From NCBI GenBank assembly GCA_963666835.2, contig CAXXGO010000006.1, positions 2,496,001 through 2,560,000 on the forward strand: 64,000 bases of DNA. Reading direction: 5' to 3'. The position numbers and the translations under genes were made by a program. Of the stretch, positions 51,972 to 60,858 are shown piece by piece. The notes beneath the pieces were generated by a model. The model worked only from the letters and a program-made list of their open reading frames with translations, was not told the origin of the DNA and made no database searches. Source of the stretch: Phycisphaerae bacterium. GTDB lineage: Bacteria > Planctomycetota > Phycisphaerae > UBA1845. Position 1 is the first letter of the stretch; every line of letters begins with the position of its first letter.

Positions 51972-52132
51972 CGCGGGTGGAGTTGCCACGAGGACGACCT
52001 CCGCGATGTCCTCCCGCGCCGCTGGGTAATCGGCGGACCTTCCTGAAGAAACTCGATTTCTTGGGAGCGAAACACGCCGCCGGCGTCCTTATATAGGTGT
52101 GGATTCGACATGGTCATGGCCGAGAGGCGTAG

Positions 52133-52707
52133 ATGAGTCTGGCTCAAGTACAAGCCTACGTAGGTGAGCAGGCAGTCCCGCTGAAGTGTGAGGGCGAACT
52201 GATAGAGCGTGCCAAGGTGGATCCTGAGGCCTTTGCGCGACTATATCGGAAGCACCGCCCAATGCTCCTCGATCACGTATACCGTCGCACCGGCGACGTA
52301 CACGTGACGGAGGACCTCGTTGCGGATGTGTTCCTCGAGGCCCTGCGGTCGCTGCCAGGGTATCGTTATCGCGGTGTGCCGCTGCGGTTCTGGCTTCTCA
52401 GGATTGCGACTCACGCGGTTAACCGCTGGGGGCGGCGGCATCGGCGAAAACGGTTCGCCTTGCTCAGGCCGAGCGGCTTTACGAACGGACCGTGTCTTCC
52501 ACAATCGGCGAGGCGGACGGCGAGCACGTTCGACGGGCTCTGCTTGAACTCCCGCCGCGGTATCAGGCCGTGCTGGCGTTGTACTACTTTGAAGGGTTGT
52601 CGGTAAAAGAAACCGCCACCGTCATCGGATGTCGCGAGGGCACGGTAAGGTCGAGACTGGCGCGAGCGCGAGAAGCACTCCGCAGAACCCTGATTGGACG
52701 GAGGTAG
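52133..52707 (+). pseudogene. ECF sigma-70 factor split by a frameshift
   Basis: Region 2 (AFARLY...EDLVADVF...WLLRIA) lies in the frame of 52133. Region 4 (LPPRYQ...EGLSVKETA...GTVRSRLARAR) lies in the -1 frame ending 52707. Likely junction is the AAAA at 52447-52450. Confidence 0.85.
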
Positions 52708-52711
52708 TACC

Positions 52712-53287
52712 GTGCGAGATCAAACGGATCCAATCGAGAACGCGCTACAGTCCGTGAGGGGCTTGAAATGGCCCGGTGATTACGAAAACAACGAACTGGA
52801 GAATAGACTCATGCAGCGTTTCCAAGAAGATAGCCCGCGTTTCCGGATTGGTCGACGTGGTGCGATAGCAGCCGCCCTGGCCGTGGTACTGGTGGGCAGC
52901 GTCGGCTTCGGTGCGGCCGGTGGGGTTGATGCGTTCAAGGGATGGTTCTTCACCATCGAAGTAAACGGTGAGGCGATTGACATCGCCGAAGCGGACGTGA
53001 CGATCGAGGTCGACGGCGAGGTAGTCGATATTGATGCCGCGGAAGGCTCTATCGAGGGCGATACGGTTACGATGACTCTCGATAACCTCCAACTCGACAG
53101 TGAGGCCGGCGAGGAGGGTACGGCGGAGATCACCATCATCCGGAACGGGGAGTTTCCAGGTGCCGGGACCGGTTTCTACGGGGACTCGACGTTCATAACG
53201 GTTGAACTCGAAGCGGCCTTGCCCGAAGACGACGAGGCGGCGGATGATGCCGAATCTGCTGATGATGAGCCTGTAGAGGAAGAATAA
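52712..53287 (+). CDS. Putative anti-sigma factor (single TM, acidic extracytoplasmic part)
   Basis: Directly after the ECF gene; GGAGGT SD; short N-terminal domain followed by one TM. Confidence 0.6.
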   Translation: MRDQTDPIENALQSVRGLKWPGDYENNELENRLMQRFQEDSPRFRIGRRGAIAAALAVVLVGSVGFGAAGGVDAFKGWFFTIEVNGEAIDIAEADVTIEVDGEVVDIDAAEGSIEGDTVTMTLDNLQLDSEAGEEGTAEITIIRNGEFPGAGTGFYGDSTFITVELEAALPEDDEAADDAESADDEPVEEE

Positions 53288-53614
53288 ACGCCTCGCCGGA
53301 TAGCCCTTGACCGGCACTCGCGTTGCTTGATGCCTCGCGGGTGCCGGTTCTTCTTGGATTCCCCGGACGGTCCGGGAACTGACCCACGGCAAGGGAATGC
53401 GGTCCGGGACGGCTCCGGACGGGACGCGGGGGTCGCCAACGGGGCTGTCATGCTTCAGCCGAGTGAAAACGTCGGCGGAAGTACGTCCGCTGGGCCTTGA
53501 CGGGGGAAGAAGAAACCACGACACTATTCGGCTCGGTATGCCTGCGCCTGCCTGAGCGGATCAGCGGGGCGGGCGGTAGTCTATTGCAGGGCAGAATCCA
53601 GGGGAGTTTTCTCG

Positions 53615-53932
53615 GTGTACGCGATTATCCAAGACGGTGCGCATCAGTACCGGGTAGAAGAAGGACAGGTCTTCGAGGTGCAGCGCAAGGACCTACCCCC
53701 GGACGCCACGACGTACGAGTTTGACCGCATTCTTGCCGTGGGCGATATCGAGGGCGGACCGAAGATCGGCCAGCCGGTTGTCGAGGGCGCGAAGGTCGTT
53801 GCGACCGTGCTCGGCGAGGTTAAAGCGGACAAAATCACTATCCAGAAATTCCGGCGCCGCAAGAACTACGCGGTGAAGGCCGGCCACCGGCAGAAGCACC
53901 TGCAGCTTAGGGTCGACAAGATCGAGGCGTAG
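53615..53932 (+). CDS. rplU: 50S ribosomal protein L21
   Basis: MYAII..G..QY.VEEG, IGQPVVEGAKV, KFRRRKNY...GHRQ. Confidence 0.95.
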   Translation: MYAIIQDGAHQYRVEEGQVFEVQRKDLPPDATTYEFDRILAVGDIEGGPKIGQPVVEGAKVVATVLGEVKADKITIQKFRRRKNYAVKAGHRQKHLQLRVDKIEA

Positions 53933-54065
53933 GGCCTGCTGGCGAGCTGCGCCGGCTTCCTGTCCACCAATCTCAGGGAATCGACGTTGCGTTTGCGCCC
54001 GGCGTGCGCAGTACCCCGCCGCCGGCTCGCCGCCCAATAGAGAGATGCGACCTCCGTACGAATTC

Positions 54066-56453
54066 TCAAGGCGGGCTGGGAGGGCGTCCCGGCGCCTGAG
54101 CCGTATCGGGAGTTCGCGATGCCACGTAGAGCATTATGTTCGCCACGATTGCTTCGGCGCTGCGCGGCTCATATCCGATGCAATCCAGGCATGTGTGATG
54201 GCTGATGCCGGCCGACAAGTCGTACGGAGAGTAGATCACCGCCCATCGGTCACCTTGGCGAACGCCCGCGAGTTCGGGCCAGTCCAGACGTACCGGCGGA
54301 CCTTCCCGGTAACGCTGCCGATACGCGGTAGCATGTAACGAGCTGGCCAGGTGCGGGGCGAATGAACCGGTCATAAGCGGATCCTCCGGACCGATTCGCT
54401 GCCAGGCATCCTTGCCGAAAGAGTCTTCGATGAATAACTGGAAGGACTCGTCGAATTCATCAGATCCCCGGCTTGCCGAGGCAATCAGAGTGCCGCCCGA
54501 CTCCAGAAAACGCTTCAAAGTCGCTCCACCAACGGATGACGGACTCGGGAAGTCGTGGCCCGTCAGCCAGAGAGTCTTCGCCGGAGCGTTGTCCAGATGC
54601 TCCACCCGCACGGAGCCGATTTCCGCAAGCGATAGGCCTGCCGAACCAGAGAGCACTGCCGATATCCGGTGAAGCGCCCGGGGATGTACGAACCAGTCCC
54701 CGCCATGTGCCAGGCGCGCAATCGTGAGCGTTCGCATCGGCCGGGCTTCGTGGAGTTCCAGATACGGCGACAGCCGCCCGTCAAGTGATTTGTTGAACAT
54801 CGCGTAGAGGAGGATGTTGCCGGCCAGGGAGAATCGCCGAGCCTCTTTCTTGACCAGATTCTGGTGCCAGGCACAACAAGCGGCGTTGTCGAGAATGAAG
54901 ATGCTCGTCCGGTAGCCGTCGCCAAACCCAATACACTCCTTGCCGGGACGCAGATCGTCGTGGATAGTCCAGACGGGGTGGTCTTTCGCCAGCGTGCCCG
55001 AAGTGAACGTCGGGAAGAGGTCCTTGAACAGGTCGCGCCACCCGTCGCGGAACTCCGCCTGCGAGCAACAGGCCACTGCCAGCACGGTTCCCCCGTCGTG
55101 GACATACTCGCGGAGGCGTTGCTGTTGCTCGGGAGAGAGCTGTGGGGCATTGTGCCCGGAAACCAGCAATACCGGGGCGTCGTACACATCGCTTGTGTCC
55201 GGTCCGAGTTCGACGACCTGCCAGGTGAGATTGGTCTCGAACCGTTCTCCGAACCAGTGGAGCAGATTGGCGGCTTCTCGCGGATCCCTGTTCCAATCGT
55301 TGCCCGCCCCTTGTTTGAGCTTGTTGATCAGCACCGGGGCTCGCATTTTCAGAAGGGCGAGAATACCAAAGCAGGTATCGTGAACAGCCCCCCAAGACCC
55401 GTCCATCTTCTGGGTACTGACAAGCTGGGCGGTGACGTCGTTGTACCACACATGCGATCCGATACGCTTCCTTCCGTACGATACACCGGCCCGATCCAGG
55501 CAGAATAGATAGTAAGTAAGATATCCGTCATTCGGGTCGGCGGATTCCCCCGTTGCGTAGCCGGGATTCCGATCCGTCCGGAAGTTCTCATCCAGCCACT
55601 CCCAGGCATGTTCGATCGCCTGCCTGATCGGTCTGGTCTCTTCGATATCCTCGCCGCATTTCGCCTTGAATTTGCCGGTGAAGGGCAATTCCGCATCCAA
55701 ATGGCGATGTTCGTAAACGATCTGCAACGATGCCAGACCGGCCGCCGTCATGCTGCCGGTAGAATGTCGGGAGTGGTTTGCGAATTCCGGATCATCCGAT
55801 AGGGGATACCCCCAACCTCCGTCGGGATTAACGCTTTCAAGCCAGCTTTGCTCTGCGCGCCGCCAAACATTGCCGGGAACATCCGCGCCGGCTTGAGCTG
55901 CTTTGTGGAGAGCTAACAGGGCGAGCTGCGAATTCGAATTATCGGTCCAGTTCTTCCCCGGTGCCACTCCGGAAAGCGTGCCGTATCCCCAACCCCCGGA
56001 GTTGTTCTGTTGGAGTTTCAGGAAGCGAACGTCGTCCTTTATCTGCTGCTTGAAGTGGGTCCGGCTCAGCGTACACCACAGCATCAGCGAAAAGGACTTC
56101 GCGTAGACCGTTTTCGTTTCTTCGCGCGTTTCCAGCAGGTGTCTGACCGCCCGTTGCAGGCGGTGGTCTGAAAGGGGGACACCGGCGGCTCGCATGGTAT
56201 ATGCGACAAGGGCGGTCAGGCCGTTGGGGAAGGTCTTCTCAAACTCGGAGCTGACCCACCGTCCGTCGCGACGCTGCTGCGTCCAAAGAAACTCGATGGC
56301 TCGATCCAGGGCTAGGTTAATCTGCTCATCAGTCGGGTGGGGGGTGGGCTGGGAGGCGGTTTCGACCGGCTCGCCTGTGGCTGGAGAGGCCGGCTCCGCG
56401 GGCGGCGAGGCTAGAATGGCGACCATCACGGCAAGTGGTGCAATTGACGGCAT
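54066..56453 (-). CDS. Secreted protein with prenyltransferase/squalene-cyclase-like repeats and two DUF4159-like domains
   Basis: QRRDGRW, QNNSGGWGY, DNSNSQLALLAL, NPDGGWGY, SMTAAG; C-terminal LREYV..GGT and YSPYDLS. Confidence 0.8.
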   Translation of the reverse strand: MPSIAPLAVMVAILASPPAEPASPATGEPVETASQPTPHPTDEQINLALDRAIEFLWTQQRRDGRWVSSEFEKTFPNGLTALVAYTMRAAGVPLSDHRLQRAVRHLLETREETKTVYAKSFSLMLWCTLSRTHFKQQIKDDVRFLKLQQNNSGGWGYGTLSGVAPGKNWTDNSNSQLALLALHKAAQAGADVPGNVWRRAEQSWLESVNPDGGWGYPLSDDPEFANHSRHSTGSMTAAGLASLQIVYEHRHLDAELPFTGKFKAKCGEDIEETRPIRQAIEHAWEWLDENFRTDRNPGYATGESADPNDGYLTYYLFCLDRAGVSYGRKRIGSHVWYNDVTAQLVSTQKMDGSWGAVHDTCFGILALLKMRAPVLINKLKQGAGNDWNRDPREAANLLHWFGERFETNLTWQVVELGPDTSDVYDAPVLLVSGHNAPQLSPEQQQRLREYVHDGGTVLAVACCSQAEFRDGWRDLFKDLFPTFTSGTLAKDHPVWTIHDDLRPGKECIGFGDGYRTSIFILDNAACCAWHQNLVKKEARRFSLAGNILLYAMFNKSLDGRLSPYLELHEARPMRTLTIARLAHGGDWFVHPRALHRISAVLSGSAGLSLAEIGSVRVEHLDNAPAKTLWLTGHDFPSPSSVGGATLKRFLESGGTLIASASRGSDEFDESFQLFIEDSFGKDAWQRIGPEDPLMTGSFAPHLASSLHATAYRQRYREGPPVRLDWPELAGVRQGDRWAVIYSPYDLSAGISHHTCLDCIGYEPRSAEAIVANIMLYVASRTPDTAQAPGRPPSPP

Positions 56454-56651
56454 CAGAGGTATCCTTCAAGGGCCCTCATTCGCCCGACCGCCCACGGTCT
56501 GAGCAGCATTCCGGATTATGGTATTCACGACCAACGGGGCGGTCAAAACGCCTGACAGTAGTCATGCAAGAGGCAAACGCAGAATGCAGATACACTATGG
56601 TTGGCGGGCACGTCCACCGGCCTTGTCTTGGCGATCTGGAGTCGCGCGGAC

Positions 56652-56704
56652 AAAAAAAGAGAACGATCCCTCCGCTGGCGAAACCGCCAGGAGAAGGATC
56701 GTTC
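56652..56704 (-). terminator. Rho-independent terminator of the ferredoxin gene
   Basis: Minus strand reads GAACGATCC...GGATCGTTC then CTTTTTTT-type U tract. Confidence 0.8.
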
Positions 56705-56774
56705 GTCCGGGCAATCAACCCGGCGCCCGAAGACACCTTGGCCGATTGCCTTGATTAACCTGTCTGAATAGCGT

Positions 56775-57011
56775 TTACTCTTCCGGGAACAGCTTCTCGC
56801 CGGTCGCCGTATCGGTGATATGGATGCACTCCGTCGGGCAGGCCTTGGCGGCCTCCATGATTGCATCGAAACTATCGCCAGGGTTCTCCTTGACGACCGC
56901 CTTGGCCTCGTCATCCAGCTCAAACGTCTCCGGGGCCTCGTTCTCGCACGCCCCGTCACCAATGCACTCGTCGCGATCGACGACGATCTTAAGCTTGTCT
57001 ACATCCGGCAT
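56775..57011 (-). CDS. Monocluster ferredoxin ([3Fe-4S]/[4Fe-4S])
   Basis: VDRDECIGDGAC...AP..F...AAKACP..CI. Confidence 0.9.
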   Translation of the reverse strand: MPDVDKLKIVVDRDECIGDGACENEAPETFELDDEAKAVVKENPGDSFDAIMEAAKACPTECIHITDTATGEKLFPEE

Positions 57012-57163
57012 TACTAAATCTCCGTGAAAGCGTAGCCATTAACGCCAACCAACACGGTGTTCATATAGCAAACCGGGCGCCGTTGCAACTGGTTTTTCTG
57101 ACGCGAAATACAGGCTTGGCAAACGGCACTGCTTGGACGCGGAGGGCTTGCCTGCTCGTGCGG

Positions 57164-57844
57164 TCAGCACGCGCAAACCGGCTCCGGCCGGGCTGAATCG
57201 GGCGTGATATCGCCAATCGCCTCCGGCACGTTCCACAGCCCGCAAACCGCCATCCCGTCGACCCAGTCCACAGACCATTTCCGGCCCCAAGAGGCGAAAT
57301 GTCGCTCGTAATCCTCGATTCGATTCTGCCACACCTCGTCCGGAGCCTTCCTTCCGGAGAGGTCGGTCACGATGACCATGATGAAGACGCCGCCCGGCTT
57401 GAGGTATCGTTGCAGGTGGGCGGTAGTGTGTACGGCCTGCTCGGATTGCAGATCGTAGTGGTAGTGGCTGCATCCGCGGGCGACAATCGCGTCGAAACTG
57501 CCGAGCTCTACGGGCATGTCAGCGGTTATGTCGCAGCAACGATACGTCCAGCGAGGGTAATGCTCTCGAGCCCAGTCGATTCCCTCTTTGGAGCGATCGA
57601 CGCCGGTGCATCTGAGCCCCATCCGGTTCAGCAGGTTCGTGTGGAAACCCGTTCCACAGGCTACTTCCAGCACTTGCATGCCTCGGCGCAGACCGAATCG
57701 CTTGACTACGTTCCTTCGATGCCACCAGAACTCCTTCCAGAAGGAGTACTTCCAGCCCCCCGAGCGGTAGAACTGGGAGTAGAAAGCGTCTCCGCGATTC
57801 GGGTCGGCCTGTGTTGGCATCAGGAGCATTCCTTCCGGGAACAA
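57164..57844 (-). CDS. Class I SAM-dependent methyltransferase
   Basis: VLEVACGTG, GVD.S, SFDAIV, LKPGG. Confidence 0.85.
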   Translation of the reverse strand: MFPEGMLLMPTQADPNRGDAFYSQFYRSGGWKYSFWKEFWWHRRNVVKRFGLRRGMQVLEVACGTGFHTNLLNRMGLRCTGVDRSKEGIDWAREHYPRWTYRCCDITADMPVELGSFDAIVARGCSHYHYDLQSEQAVHTTAHLQRYLKPGGVFIMVIVTDLSGRKAPDEVWQNRIEDYERHFASWGRKWSVDWVDGMAVCGLWNVPEAIGDITPDSARPEPVCAC

Positions 57845-57956
57845 GTGCCCAAGGAGTAGTACCTAACCTCGGCATCGGCCGTTTTTGAGGTCTTCTTGAC
57901 TACTGTTTTCGGACGTTGCGGCCTGGTAGGGATCAAAGAGGCTGCCGAGAGAGAGG

Positions 57957-58772
57957 CTATCCGGTCAGATCGAGGAGTGCGCCGATCGTGGGTTGGGCGT
58001 CCGTGGCAACCGAACCTGGCGATAGAAGCGTGCTGCCTTTCGGGCTGTTGTCAGTTCCGCTTCGCCCCACCGCCTCTGAGTCCCTTCGGTTACGGGCGAT
58101 TTCGGCGCGGGCCTTCTGTTCTTGGGCCTGAGCCTTGGCGGCGACGGCCCGATCCTGAGATGACGGGCTGGCCGGGGCCAGGGCTGCCCGCCGAACCTGC
58201 TGCATCTTGGCGACGGTTGCCTGGGGGTCGTCGGCTACCGGGGTAGTATCAATGTTCACTTCACCGCCGGAGGCGTAGCGTTGTCCGTCAGGCCCGGTTA
58301 CGAATTCGTAGCTGGGACCGCCGCGGGCATACTGCCCGGCCGCTGCGGCGTGGGCTTGCTCATGTCGGCGAACCTCGCGGTCGCGCCGCTGCAGCTCTTG
58401 GACCTCTCTCTCCTCTTCAGGTGAGGTCTTTGATGCATCAGTCCGGGAGTCGTCCGGAAGCGAAAGCTTGGCCGAGTGAGTTGAATCGCCCGGATTACCG
58501 GCCGTGTCTTGTACACCCGGCTGGATACTTGCGTAGTCGGAGACTCGCTTGCTGGGTCTTGCGGTTAACGCCTCCGCTTGTTCGGCGAGGACGCGTCCGA
58601 GAGGGGAGACCTCCAGGGTGTCTGTGGTCTCTTCGGCTGAGCGGCGTTCCGCGGCGGAGCCTGTGCCGATGTCCTCACCGCGCCAGGCGAGGTCGATGGC
58701 TCGCGGGCTGGACATGGGCCCCTGACCGAAGACCGTTGCGATAAGCCCGTTGCTTGAGATTGCGCCGATCAT
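57957..58772 (-). CDS. SprA-related family protein (putative metalloprotease)
   Basis: RDREVRRHEQAH, GPDG.RYA.GGEV.ID, AALAPASPS.QDRAVAA. Confidence 0.85.
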   Translation of the reverse strand: MIGAISSNGLIATVFGQGPMSSPRAIDLAWRGEDIGTGSAAERRSAEETTDTLEVSPLGRVLAEQAEALTARPSKRVSDYASIQPGVQDTAGNPGDSTHSAKLSLPDDSRTDASKTSPEEEREVQELQRRDREVRRHEQAHAAAAGQYARGGPSYEFVTGPDGQRYASGGEVNIDTTPVADDPQATVAKMQQVRRAALAPASPSSQDRAVAAKAQAQEQKARAEIARNRRDSEAVGRSGTDNSPKGSTLLSPGSVATDAQPTIGALLDLTG

Positions 58773-59000
58773 ACGCCTGTGACATCCGATAACTAACCGG
58801 GCGGGTATACCCGGTCTACATCGGAATCATCGAGCGGGAATCAGCCCGAGTTAAGCAAGCACCTCGAAGAAGATAGGGGCGGAGCGTAATCCGTGCTTCG
58901 GGCCGGTCGTCGAGATGTCGTGCTGTCGCGGTGTCACACCGGGATCTTCACCGGTGGTGACGCTTGCTCAGGGGTGACGTGGTCAGTTAACCTCCGGAGT

Positions 59001-60596
59001 ATGGTCGACATTAGAGATGACGGTAAACCGCTGAGTGAAGGGATGTGTCCCGAGGAGGGCAGCCGACCGAGCGAAGCCTCCACACCCGGCTGGCACGTTA
59101 TCGAGTGGGTCGATCTGGTGCCGGTGGCGCTTGTTCTGGGCGTATTGCTCGTCGTTATGATTCCGCGGTTGCCGCCCGGCGTCTGTCTGGGCGATTCCGG
59201 CGATCTGCAGTGCGCATCGGCGGTGCTCGGGATTGCCCATCCCCCCGGATACGGTGGGTACGTTTCTTTGGGATTCTTGGCCACTTGTCTGCCGGGTGTG
59301 GACCATGCCCGGGCGGTCACTCTGATGTGTGCCGCGGCTGGGGTGTTGGCGATCACGCTTCTGGTACTTCTGCAGATTCGGCTGGGAGTCAGCCCCTGGT
59401 TGGCGTCGGCAATCGGGCTGGCGCTTACCGTCTACCCGCGAGTGTGGGCCAATCTGACTGCCGCAGAGGTTTACGCGCCGACGTTAGCCCTGCTGGCCGC
59501 GAGCGCGTATCTGGTCACCAAGTACAGTTTCCGCGGCTGTCTCCGGAACCTGCTTCTGGCGGGGATCTGCCTGGGGTTCGCGGCCGGGAATCGTCCGCCG
59601 GTGGCTTTGATGTGGGTGGGATACTGTGTGGCGTTAGTGCCGGCTCAAAGGCGTTGGTTCGTCACGCGCCGGCGCGTTTGGCGAGACCTCGGGTTGGTTG
59701 TGGCTGCCGTGCTGGTGCCGATGTTCTATTCGTTTGCGTACCTTCTGGTGCGCGACCAGCCCGACACTCCAGTCAACTACATCGAACAATACAACTTGGA
59801 GGCCGAGGTCTTGCCTCCGGCGGATGGCGGTTTCTCGGCGAGGCTCGAGCGGGCGATCTGGCAGGCCACCGGCCGCCAATACCGCGAGTATCTCAGCAGC
59901 GGATCGGCGAATGTGTGGGCGCGGTTGCGCTACATCCGCAACGAGGTACTCCCGCATGCATGGGGCGGCTTGGCCTTTGCTCTGACGATAGTCGTTGTCG
60001 GGTTCTGCCTTGTCTTTCGCCGGTGCTCGGCATGTGGGTGGATCATAAGCGGGATCGTTCTTGGTGACGTTTTCTTTGTTTGTAGCTATCGCGTGTTCGG
60101 CGACGCTGCAGACATGTTGCCGATGATCTGGTCGATTGCGCTGGCCGCGGGGGTCGGGATGTCAACGCTTTGCCCGGTGCGGGTCCGCGGTGCTCGCCGG
60201 GCTTTGGCGATGGCGATCTTCCTAGGAGCCGCGGGGTTTACGGTGGTGGATGCTCCGCATCGCTGGCATGCTGGAAAGAGCGTCGACGCCACCGAGTTTC
60301 TCTCCGCGGTTGCTTTTAGGGAGCTTCCCGAGGGAAGCATCATTTGCTCGTCGTGGGGAACGTCACCGGCGCTGTGGTACGCGAAACACGTACTCGCGGA
60401 ACGGGACGATGTGCGGATTATCAACGCAAATCCGGCGAACTGGTTGAAACTTACCGCCGCGGCGCAAGAGGGACGCGGTTCAAAGCCCCGTCCGGTCTTT
60501 TTCACGAGTGAGATCACACTTCCACCCGACTGTCATTTGATCCCACATCGCGCGCTGTTTCAACTCATCGAATTGGACAAGAGCAACGGGCGCTGA
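59001..60596 (+). CDS. DUF2723-like (TMEM260-like GT-C) membrane protein
   Basis: GDSGDL...LGIAHPPGY, AEVY, many TMs; start uncertain. Confidence 0.78.
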   Translation: MVDIRDDGKPLSEGMCPEEGSRPSEASTPGWHVIEWVDLVPVALVLGVLLVVMIPRLPPGVCLGDSGDLQCASAVLGIAHPPGYGGYVSLGFLATCLPGVDHARAVTLMCAAAGVLAITLLVLLQIRLGVSPWLASAIGLALTVYPRVWANLTAAEVYAPTLALLAASAYLVTKYSFRGCLRNLLLAGICLGFAAGNRPPVALMWVGYCVALVPAQRRWFVTRRRVWRDLGLVVAAVLVPMFYSFAYLLVRDQPDTPVNYIEQYNLEAEVLPPADGGFSARLERAIWQATGRQYREYLSSGSANVWARLRYIRNEVLPHAWGGLAFALTIVVVGFCLVFRRCSACGWIISGIVLGDVFFVCSYRVFGDAADMLPMIWSIALAAGVGMSTLCPVRVRGARRALAMAIFLGAAGFTVVDAPHRWHAGKSVDATEFLSAVAFRELPEGSIICSSWGTSPALWYAKHVLAERDDVRIINANPANWLKLTAAAQEGRGSKPRPVFFTSEITLPPDCHLIPHRALFQLIELDKSNGR

Positions 60597-60858
60597 AATT
60601 GCTAATCGGGGTGATTTTCGATATTTCAAGTACGTGTCAGCTTGCAGGGCAGGTCTCGTGCCTCGACCGTGCCCTATGAAGGCTACCACGGGTCAACTTG
60701 TCGACCCGTGGAGCGTGCCAAGGCGCAGGCACCTACGGGCAAGCTGGGACGTTCAGGGCCTTATCATGAGATCGGGTCACGAACGGTACTTCGCTGCGCG
60801 AATCGGCTACGCTTGCCCGTGCCACCGACTACGAGAGGTCTCGTACCTCGACCGCCAG

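Noticed and set aside
57068..57096. Degenerate palindrome AAACCGGGCGCCGTTGCAACTGGTTT, and a similar weak one at 7980-7999
   Set aside because: Single imperfect copies; cannot be supported as repeat elements from this window.
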